Below, piece after piece: positions 1-16,291 of a stretch of 64,000 bases of DNA. The stretch is from Escherichia coli. GTDB lineage: Bacteria; Pseudomonadota; Gammaproteobacteria; Enterobacterales; Enterobacteriaceae. The notes beneath the pieces were generated by a model. It saw only the letters and a program-made list of their open reading frames with translations, was not told the DNA's origin and did not search any database. The position numbers and the translations under genes are program-made. The stretch lies in NCBI RefSeq assembly GCF_003334305.1, contig NZ_QOWS01000001.1. One strand, written 5' to 3'. Positions within the stretch are counted from its first letter, which is position 1; each line of letters starts with the position of its first letter.

Positions 1-101
1 AACTCACCTTCCAGATCCCACCAGCGGGAGGCGACGGCTTCAAATTTAGCGATCTCTTCGTGGTCTACGTTATGGTTTACCGGCGATTTTTCGGCATTCA
101 T
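1..101 (-). CDS. ubiG: ubiG, 5' end only (bifunctional 3-demethylubiquinone/2-polyprenyl-6-hydroxyphenol O-methyltransferase); gene continues beyond window start
   Basis: Reverse complement of 1-101 translates to [34 protein letters not shown], the UbiG N-terminus as I recall it; divergent from gyrA as in E. coli. Confidence 0.8.
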   Translation of the reverse strand, partial: MNAEKSPVNHNVDHEEIAKFEAVASRWWDLEGE

Positions 102-247
102 TAGCACTTCTACTCCGTAATTGGCAAGACAAACGAGTATATCAGGCATTGGATGTGAATAAAGCGTATAGGTTTACCTCAAACTGCGCGGCTGTGTTAT
201 AATTTGCGACCTTTGAATCCGGGATACAGTAGAGGGATAGCGGTTAG
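102..247. promoter_or_regulatory. Divergent ubiG/gyrA promoter region
   Basis: 146-bp gap between the two divergent start codons; individual promoter elements not mapped. Confidence 0.4.
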
Positions 248-2875
248 ATGAGCGACCTTGCGAGAGAAATTACACCGGTCAACATTGAGGAAGAGCTGAA
301 GAGCTCCTATCTGGATTATGCGATGTCGGTCATTGTTGGCCGTGCGCTGCCAGATGTCCGAGATGGCCTGAAGCCGGTACACCGTCGCGTACTTTACGCC
401 ATGAACGTACTAGGCAATGACTGGAACAAAGCCTATAAAAAATCTGCCCGTGTCGTTGGTGACGTAATCGGTAAATACCATCCCCATGGTGACTCGGCGG
501 TTTATGACACGATCGTCCGTATGGCGCAGCCATTCTCGCTGCGTTACATGCTGGTAGACGGTCAGGGTAACTTCGGTTCCATCGACGGCGACTCTGCGGC
601 GGCAATGCGTTATACGGAAATCCGTCTGGCGAAAATTGCCCATGAACTGATGGCCGATCTCGAAAAAGAGACGGTCGATTTCGTTGATAACTATGACGGC
701 ACGGAAAAAATTCCCGACGTCATGCCAACCAAAATTCCTAACCTGCTGGTGAACGGTTCTTCCGGTATCGCCGTAGGTATGGCAACCAACATCCCGCCGC
801 ACAACCTGACGGAAGTCATCAACGGTTGTCTGGCGTATATCGATGATGAAGACATCAGCATTGAAGGGCTGATGGAACACATCCCGGGGCCGGACTTCCC
901 GACGGCGGCAATCATTAACGGTCGTCGCGGTATTGAAGAAGCTTACCGTACCGGTCGCGGCAAGGTGTATATCCGCGCTCGCGCAGAAGTGGAAGTTGAC
1001 GCCAAAACCGGTCGTGAAACCATTATCGTCCACGAAATTCCGTATCAGGTAAACAAAGCGCGCCTGATCGAGAAGATTGCGGAACTGGTAAAAGAAAAAC
1101 GCGTGGAAGGCATCAGCGCGCTGCGTGACGAGTCTGACAAAGACGGTATGCGCATCGTGATTGAAGTGAAACGCGATGCGGTCGGTGAAGTTGTGCTCAA
1201 CAACCTCTACTCCCAGACCCAGTTGCAGGTTTCTTTCGGTATCAACATGGTGGCATTGCACCATGGTCAGCCGAAGATCATGAACCTGAAAGACATCATC
1301 GCGGCGTTTGTTCGTCACCGCCGTGAAGTGGTGACCCGTCGTACTATTTTCGAACTGCGTAAAGCTCGCGATCGTGCTCATATCCTTGAAGCATTAGCCG
1401 TGGCGCTGGCGAACATCGACCCGATCATCGAACTGATCCGTCATGCGCCGACGCCTGCAGAAGCGAAAACTGCGCTGGTTGCTAATCCGTGGCAGCTGGG
1501 CAACGTTGCCGCGATGCTCGAACGTGCTGGCGACGATGCTGCGCGTCCGGAATGGCTGGAGCCAGAGTTCGGCGTGCGTGATGGTCTGTACTACCTGACC
1601 GAACAGCAAGCTCAGGCGATTCTGGATCTGCGTTTGCAGAAACTGACCGGCCTTGAGCACGAAAAACTGCTCGACGAATACAAAGAGCTGCTGGATCAGA
1701 TCGCGGAACTGTTGCGTATTCTTGGTAGCGCCGATCGTTTGATGGAAGTGATCCGTGAAGAGCTGGAGCTGGTTCGTGAACAGTTCGGTGACAAACGTCG
1801 TACTGAAATCACCGCCAACAGCGCAGACATCAACCTGGAAGATCTGATCACTCAGGAAGATGTGGTAGTGACGCTCTCTCACCAGGGCTACGTTAAGTAT
1901 CAGCCGCTTTCTGAATACGAAGCGCAGCGTCGTGGCGGGAAAGGTAAATCTGCCGCACGTATTAAAGAAGAAGACTTTATCGACCGACTGCTGGTGGCGA
2001 ACACTCACGACCATATTCTGTGCTTCTCCAGCCGTGGTCGCGTCTATTCGATGAAAGTTTATCAGTTGCCGGAAGCCACTCGTGGCGCGCGCGGTCGTCC
2101 GATCGTCAACCTGCTGCCGCTGGAGCAGGACGAACGTATCACTGCGATCCTGCCAGTGACCGAGTTTGAAGAAGGCGTGAAAGTCTTCATGGCGACCGCT
2201 AACGGTACCGTGAAGAAAACTGTCCTCACCGAGTTCAACCGTCTGCGTACCGCCGGTAAAGTGGCGATCAAACTGGTTGACGGCGATGAGCTGATCGGCG
2301 TTGACCTGACCAGCGGCGAAGACGAAGTAATGCTGTTCTCCGCTGAAGGTAAAGTGGTGCGCTTTAAAGAGTCTTCTGTCCGTGCGATGGGCTGCAACAC
2401 CACCGGTGTTCGCGGTATTCGCTTAGGTGAAGGCGATAAAGTCGTCTCTCTGATCGTGCCTCGTGGCGATGGCGCAATCCTCACCGCAACGCAAAACGGT
2501 TACGGTAAACGTACCGCAGTGGCGGAATACCCAACCAAGTCGCGTGCGACGAAAGGGGTTATCTCCATCAAGGTTACCGAACGTAACGGTTTAGTTGTTG
2601 GCGCGGTACAGGTAGATGACTGCGACCAGATCATGATGATCACCGATGCCGGTACGCTGGTACGTACTCGCGTTTCGGAAATCAGCATCGTAGGCCGTAA
2701 CACCCAGGGCGTGATCCTCATCCGTACTGCGGAAGATGAAAACGTAGTGGGTCTGCAACGTGTTGCTGAACCGGTTGACGAGGAAGATCTGGATACCATC
2801 GATGGCAGTGCCGCGGAAGGGGACGATGAAATCGCTCCGGAAGTGGACGTTGACGACGAGCCAGAAGAAGAATAA
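248..2875 (+). CDS. gyrA: DNA gyrase subunit A
   Basis: 875-aa ORF with N-terminus [47 protein letters not shown] and acidic C-terminal tail; quinolone-resistance region reads [11 protein letters not shown]. Confidence 0.98.
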
Positions 2876-3023
2876 TTTTACTTCTTCATGCCAAAAGGGA
2901 GCTATCTCCCTTGTTTGAATTGAAAAGTCCAGGCTGCAAAGTCTGGGCTTTTGTCGTATTAGGGCACGGTAAAGTTTGGCTGTGCCCGTAAAAAATGGCT
3001 GGCTATACACAAGGAATGTGGCA

Positions 3024-9870
<6,847 letters not shown>

Positions 9871-11520
9871 GTGAACTGGCGCAGAATCGTCTGGCTATTG
9901 GCGTTGGTTACTCTGCCAACGCTTGCGGAGGAGACGCCGTTACAACTGGTGCTGCGCGGTGCGCAGCACGATCAACTGTATCAGCTGTCGTCATCAGGCG
10001 TGACCAAAGTCTCAGCATTACCTGACTCGCTCACCACGCCGTTAGGGAGTTTGTGGAAACTGTATGTTTACGCCTGGCTGGAGGATACCCATCAACCGGA
10101 GCAGCCCTACCAGTGTCGCGGAAACTCCCCGGAAGAGGTTTATTGTTGTCAGGCTGGGGAGAGCATAACGCGCGATACCGCGCTGGTACGTTCCTGTGGG
10201 CTCTATTTTGCGCCGCAGCGGTTGCATATTGGCGCAGATGTGTGGGGGCAATACTGGCAACAGCGTCAGGCACCTGCGTGGTTAGCGTCTCTGCCTACGC
10301 TGAAGCCAGAAACCTCGGTAACGGTTAAATCGCTGCTTGATTCATTAGCGACGTTACCCGCGCAAAACAAAGCTCAGGAAGTCTTACTGGATGTGGTGCT
10401 GGACGAGGCGAAAATCGGTGTCGCATCCATGCTCGGTAGTCGGGTACGGGTGAAAACCTGGAGCTGGTTTGCCGATGATAAACAGGAAATCCGTCAGGGT
10501 GGTTTTGCTGGCTGGTTAACCGATGGTACACCGCTGTGGGTTACTGGCAGTGGCACCAGCAAAACGGTACTAACCCGTTATGCGACGGTGCTTAATCGGG
10601 TTTTGCCAGTGCCGACGCAGGTTGCCAGTGGGCAATGTGTAGAGGTGGAGCTGTTTGCCCGCTATCCGCTGAAGAAAATCACAGCGGAGAAGAGTACGAC
10701 GGCAGTAAAACCCGGCGTACTTAATGGGCGCTATCGTGTGACGTTTACCAATGGTAACCACATTACGTTTGTCAGCCACGGTGAGACGACCTTACTGAGC
10801 GAAAAGAGCAAACTGAAATTGCAGTCGCATCTCGATCGTGAAGAGTACGTTGCCAGAGTTCTGGATCGCGAGGCGAAAAGTACGCCCCCTGAGGCAGCGA
10901 AAGCCATGACCGTGGCGATTCGCACTTTTTTACAGCAAAACGCCAATCGGGAAGGCGATTGCCTGACCATCCCCGACAGCAGCGCCACGCAGCGTGTTTC
11001 TGCTTCGCCAGCGACCACGGGGGCGCGAACGATGACCGCCTGGACGCAGGATCTCATCTATGCAGGCGATCCGGTTCATTATCATGGCAGTCGCGCTACC
11101 GAAGGGACACTTTCCTGGCGGCAAGCCACGGCCCAGGCGGGGCAGGGGGAGCGTTACGACCAGATACTCGCGTTTGCTTATCCCGACAACAGCCTTAGCC
11201 GCTGGGGAGCGCCACGCTCAACCTGCCAGTTATTACCCAAAGCGAAAGCCTGGCTGGCGAAAAAAATGCCGCAGTGGCGGCGTATATTACAAGCTGAGAC
11301 GGGGTACAACGAACCAGACGTGTTTGCGGTTTGCCGTTTAGTCTCAGGTTTCCCCTATACCGATCGGCAGCAGAAACGGCTGTTTATTCGTAACTTCTTT
11401 ACGCTTCAGGATCGGCTGGATTTAACCCATGAGTATCTGCACCTGGCCTTTGATGGTTATCCCACCGGGCTTGATGAGAACTATATCGAAACGCTGACCC
11501 GACAATTATTAATGGACTAA
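9871..11520 (+). CDS. yfaQ: YfaQ, DUF2300-family exported protein
   Basis: 549-aa ORF with GTG start immediately after the yfaS TAA; signal-peptide-like N-terminus MNWRRIVWLLALVTLPTLAEE. Confidence 0.85.
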   Translation: MNWRRIVWLLALVTLPTLAEETPLQLVLRGAQHDQLYQLSSSGVTKVSALPDSLTTPLGSLWKLYVYAWLEDTHQPEQPYQCRGNSPEEVYCCQAGESITRDTALVRSCGLYFAPQRLHIGADVWGQYWQQRQAPAWLASLPTLKPETSVTVKSLLDSLATLPAQNKAQEVLLDVVLDEAKIGVASMLGSRVRVKTWSWFADDKQEIRQGGFAGWLTDGTPLWVTGSGTSKTVLTRYATVLNRVLPVPTQVASGQCVEVELFARYPLKKITAEKSTTAVKPGVLNGRYRVTFTNGNHITFVSHGETTLLSEKSKLKLQSHLDREEYVARVLDREAKSTPPEAAKAMTVAIRTFLQQNANREGDCLTIPDSSATQRVSASPATTGARTMTAWTQDLIYAGDPVHYHGSRATEGTLSWRQATAQAGQGERYDQILAFAYPDNSLSRWGAPRSTCQLLPKAKAWLAKKMPQWRRILQAETGYNEPDVFAVCRLVSGFPYTDRQQKRLFIRNFFTLQDRLDLTHEYLHLAFDGYPTGLDENYIETLTRQLLMD

Positions 11521-11524
11521 TGCT

Positions 11525-12301
11525 ATGCGAAAGATTTTTCTTCCGTTGTTACTGGTGGCACTTTCGCCTGTCGTTCACAGTGAAGGTGTGCAGGAAGTCG
11601 AGATTGACGCACCGCTCTCTGGCTGGCATCCGGCAGAGGGCGAAGATGCCAGTTTTTCACAATCGATCAATTACCCGGCGTCGTCCGTCAACATGGCAGA
11701 TGATCAAAATATCTCAGCGCAGATCCGCGGCAAAATAAAGAATTATGCTGCGGCGGGTAAAGTTCAGCAGGGCCGGCTGGTGGTCAACGGTGCCAGTATG
11801 CCGCAGAGAGTTGAATCCGATGGTTCATTTGCACGCCCTTATATTTTCACTGAAGGCAGCAACAGCGTGCAGGTCATCAGCCCGGATGGGCAAAGCCGAC
11901 AAAAAATGCAGTTTTACTCAATGCCGGGTACAGGAACGATTCGTGCACGTTTACGGCTAGTTCTCTCGTGGGATACGGACAATACCGATCTCGATCTCCA
12001 TGTTGTCACGCCCGATGGCGAACACGCCTGGTACGGTAACACCGTGCTGAAAAACAGTGGTGCACTGGATATGGATGTCACGACGGGGTACGGACCCGAG
12101 ATTTTCGCCATGCCAGCACCAGTTCACGGGCGCTATCAGGTGTATATCAACTACTATGGTGGGCGCAGCGAAACGGAATTGACGACCGCCCAACTGACGC
12201 TGATCACCGATGAAGGATCGGTCAATGAGAAACAGGAAACATTTATTGTACCGATGCGTAATGCTGGCGAGCTGACGCTGGTGAAAAGTTTTGACTGGTG
12301 A
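11525..12301 (+). CDS. yfaP: YfaP, DUF2135-family exported protein
   Basis: 258-aa ORF starting 4 nt after the yfaQ stop; signal-peptide-like N-terminus MRKIFLPLLLVALSPVVHSEG. Confidence 0.85.
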   Translation: MRKIFLPLLLVALSPVVHSEGVQEVEIDAPLSGWHPAEGEDASFSQSINYPASSVNMADDQNISAQIRGKIKNYAAAGKVQQGRLVVNGASMPQRVESDGSFARPYIFTEGSNSVQVISPDGQSRQKMQFYSMPGTGTIRARLRLVLSWDTDNTDLDLHVVTPDGEHAWYGNTVLKNSGALDMDVTTGYGPEIFAMPAPVHGRYQVYINYYGGRSETELTTAQLTLITDEGSVNEKQETFIVPMRNAGELTLVKSFDW

Positions 12302-12353
12302 TCCATCCCTTCACACAACCTGGCTCTCTCTTTTTTCAGATAAGACTGCTGGG

Positions 12354-12400
12354 CGATCTGCCGACGCCAGGATATAACCATTAACAAGCGTCGGCAGATT
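12354..12400 (+). terminator. Stem-loop downstream of yfaP (possible terminator)
   Basis: Perfect 12-bp inverted repeat ATCTGCCGACGC / GCGTCGGCAGAT with ~20-nt loop, followed by T-rich TTTCTTATTTTT. Confidence 0.35.
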
Positions 12401-12575
12401 GGTCATTTCTTATTTTTCGTACTGAGAACTGTCCATCTACTCCGGCTTTCCTGGTTAAGGCAATGGTTTCTAAGCGATACGCATTATTGCAATGGTGACA
12501 GAACATTGCGGTAACACGCTTTTACCGCTACCTTAACCACACTCCATCGGTCACCTGAGGCGGAGCTTCGCCCCT

Positions 12576-15414
12576 TTGAAATACCTTGCTTCTTTTCGTA
12601 CAACCCTGAAAGCCTCGCGCTACATGTTCAGAGCATTGGCGTTAGTGCTCTGGCTGTTGATTGCTTTTTCATCCGTTTTTTACATCGTTAATGCGTTACA
12701 TCAGCGAGAATCGGAAATTCGTCAGGAATTTAATCTGAGTTCCGATCAGGCTCAGCGCTTTATTCAACGCACCTCTGATGTGATGAAAGAGCTGAAGTAC
12801 ATCGCCGAAAATCGCTTATCGGCAGAAAACGGTGTGCTTTCCCCGCGTGGACGAGAAACGCAGGCGGATGTGCCTGCGTTTGAACCGCTGTTTGCCGACT
12901 CCGATTGTTCCGCAATGAGTAACACCTGGCGAGGTTCTCTGGAGTCATTGGCGTGGTTTATGCGCTACTGGCGCGATAATTTTTCTGCGGCTTACGATCT
13001 CAACCGGGTATTTTTAATCGGCAGTGATAACCTCTGCATGGCCAATTTCGGTCTGCGTGATATGCCAGTGGAACGCGATACCGCGTTGAAAGCTTTGCAT
13101 GAACGCATCAATAAATATCGAAATGCACCACAAGATGATAGCGGCAGTAACCTCTACTGGATCAGCGAAGGTCCGCGCCCTGGCGTCGGGTATTTTTACG
13201 CGTTGACGCCAGTTTATCTGGCGAACCGGTTGCAGGCGCTTTTGGGTGTCGAGCAGACCATCCGGATGGAGAACTTTTTCTTACCGGGTACGTTGCCGAT
13301 GGGGGTTACCATTCTTGATGAAAATGGTCATACCCTGATTTCGCTTACCGGACCAGAAAGTAAAATTAAGGGCGATCCTCGCTGGATGCAGGAACGCTCC
13401 TGGTTTGGCTATACGGAAGGGTTCCGGGAGCTGGTGCTGAAGAAAAATCTGCCACCCTCATCGCTAAGCATCGTGTATTCGGTGCCGGTTGATAAGGTGC
13501 TGGAACGCATTCGCATGTTGATCCTTAACGCAATTTTGCTGAATGTGCTTGCCGGAGCTGCATTGTTTACTCTCGCACGGATGTACGAGCGACGTATTTT
13601 CATTCCGGCGGAAAGCGACGCCCTGCGACTGGAAGAACATGAGCAGTTCAATCGCAAGATTGTCGCCTCCGCGCCAGTGGGTATCTGCATTTTGCGTACC
13701 GCTGATGGCGTCAATATTTTAAGTAACGAACTGGCGCATACCTATCTCAATATGCTTACGCATGAGGACCGCCAACGACTGACGCAAATTATCTGTGGGC
13801 AGCAGGTCAATTTTGTTGATGTCCTGACCAGCAACAATACCAATCTGCAAATCAGCTTCGTCCATTCGCGCTATCGTAATGAAAACGTGGCCATTTGTGT
13901 GCTGGTGGATGTTTCTTCGCGCGTGAAGATGGAAGAGTCGTTGCAGGAGATGGCACAAGCAGCGGAACAGGCGAGCCAGTCAAAATCGATGTTCCTTGCC
14001 ACCGTCAGTCATGAGCTGCGAACGCCGCTGTATGGCATTATCGGTAACCTGGATCTGTTGCAAACCAAAGAGTTACCGAAAGGCGTCGATCGGCTGGTGA
14101 CGGCAATGAACAACTCTTCCAGCCTGTTGTTGAAAATTATCAGCGATATTCTCGATTTCTCGAAGATTGAATCGGAACAGTTGAAGATCGAACCGCGTGA
14201 GTTTTCACCGCGTGAAGTGATGAACCACATCACCGCCAACTATTTACCGCTGGTGGTACGCAAGCAGTTAGGCTTGTACTGCTTTATTGAACCGGATGTG
14301 CCAGTGGCCTTAAATGGCGACCCGATGCGTTTACAGCAGGTCATCTCCAACCTGTTGAGTAACGCCATAAAATTCACCGATACCGGCTGTATAGTTTTGC
14401 ATGTCCGCGCTGATGGCGATTATCTCTCTATCCGTGTTCGCGATACCGGCGTGGGGATTCCGGCGAAAGAAGTGGTGCGCTTGTTTGATCCCTTCTTCCA
14501 GGTCGGAACGGGCGTACAGCGAAACTTCCAGGGGACCGGTCTGGGTCTGGCGATTTGTGAAAAACTGATCAGCATGATGGACGGCGATATCTCGGTAGAT
14601 TCAGAACCGGGAATGGGCAGCCAGTTTACCGTGCGTATTCCGTTGTACGGCGCTCAGTACCCGCAGAAAAAAGGCGTGGAAGGGTTGAGTGGTAAACGCT
14701 GCTGGCTGGCGGTCCGCAATGCGTCGCTCTGTCAGTTCCTGGAAACCAGTTTGCAGCGCAGCGGCATCGTCGTTACAACATACGAAGGGCAGGAACCGAC
14801 TCCCGAAGATGTGTTAATTACTGACGAGGTAGTGAGTAAAAAATGGCAGGGTAGAGCGGTAGTGACCTTCTGTCGTCGCCATATTGGTATTCCGCTGGAG
14901 AAAGCGCCAGGGGAGTGGGTACACAGTGTGGCTGCCCCGCATGAGCTACCGGCATTGTTGGCGCGTATTTATTTGATCGAGATGGAGAGCGACGATCCTG
15001 CTAACGCTCTGCCGTCGACGGACAAAGCGGTCAGCGATAATGACGATATGATGATTCTGGTCGTGGATGATCATCCGATTAACCGACGTCTGCTGGCAGA
15101 TCAGTTGGGATCGTTGGGCTATCAATGTAAAACCGCGAATGATGGTGTCGATGCGCTTAATGTACTTAGCAAGAATCATATTGATATCGTGCTTAGCGAC
15201 GTCAACATGCCAAATATGGATGGTTACCGCTTGACGCAACGCATTCGTCAGTTGGGACTGACGTTGCCGGTAATCGGAGTAACTGCTAATGCGTTGGCTG
15301 AAGAGAAGCAGCGGTGTCTGGAGTCCGGTATGGACAGCTGCCTGTCGAAGCCGGTAACGCTGGATGTGATAAAACAGACGCTGACGGTATATGCCGAGAG
15401 GGTCAGGAAATCGC

Positions 15415-15425
<11 letters not shown>
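12576..15425 (+). CDS. rcsC: Rcs phosphorelay hybrid sensor histidine kinase RcsC
   Basis: 949-aa ORF starting MKYLASFRTTLK on a TTG codon; contains histidine-kinase H-box (SHELRTP) and C-terminal receiver domain (VVDDHPINRR...). Confidence 0.95.
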
Positions 15426-15620
<195 letters not shown>

Positions 15621-15624
15621 GTGA

Positions 15625-16275
15625 TTAGTCTTTATCTGCCGGACTTAACGTCACAGAAGAGAGATAATTCAGCAGGGCGATATCGTTCTCGACACCCAGC
15701 TTCATCATCGCAGATTTCTTCTGGCTACTGATGGTTTTAATACTGCGGTTCAGCTTTTTAGCGATCTCGGTCACCAGGAAGCCTTCCGCAAACAGGCGCA
15801 GAACTTCACTCTCTTTTGGCGAGAGACGCTTGTCACCGTAACCACCAGCACTGATTTTTTCCAACAGGCGAGAAACGCTTTCCGGGGTAAATTTCTTCCC
15901 TTTCTGCAGCGCGGCGAGAGCTTTCGGCAGATCGGTCGGTGCACCTTGTTTCAGCACGATCCCTTCGATATCCAGATCCAATACCGCACTAAGAATCGCC
16001 GGGTTGTTGTTCATGGTCAGAACAATAATCGACAGGCTTGGGAAATGGCGCTTGATGTACTTGATTAAGGTAATGCCATCGCCGTACTTATCGCCAGGCA
16101 TGGAGAGATCGGTAATCAACACATGCGCATCCAGTTTCGGCAGGTTGTTGATCAGTGCTGTAGAGTCTTCAAATTCGCCGACAACATTCACCCACTCAAT
16201 TTGCTCAAGTGATTTGCGAATACCGAACAAGACTATCGGATGGTCATCGGCAATAATTACGTTCATATTGTTCAT
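15625..16275 (-). CDS. rcsB: Rcs phosphorelay response regulator RcsB
   Basis: Start taken at MNNMNVIIADDHPIVLFGIRK within ORF 15625-16320, giving 216 aa; receiver domain plus LuxR-type C-terminus. Confidence 0.95.
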   Translation of the reverse strand: MNNMNVIIADDHPIVLFGIRKSLEQIEWVNVVGEFEDSTALINNLPKLDAHVLITDLSMPGDKYGDGITLIKYIKRHFPSLSIIVLTMNNNPAILSAVLDLDIEGIVLKQGAPTDLPKALAALQKGKKFTPESVSRLLEKISAGGYGDKRLSPKESEVLRLFAEGFLVTEIAKKLNRSIKTISSQKKSAMMKLGVENDIALLNYLSSVTLSPADKD

Positions 16276-16291
16276 GTAATAGGCTACCTTG

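Noticed and set aside
410-1381. 323-aa ORF antisense to gyrA (and a second at 1394-2014)
   Set aside because: Lies entirely inside the well-supported gyrA frame on the opposite strand, with no independent start context.
2976-3023. 16-codon N-terminal extension of yfaA from the upstream ATG
   Set aside because: ATG 3024 has a good Shine-Dalgarno (AAGGA) and gives the recalled 562-aa length; the extension has none.
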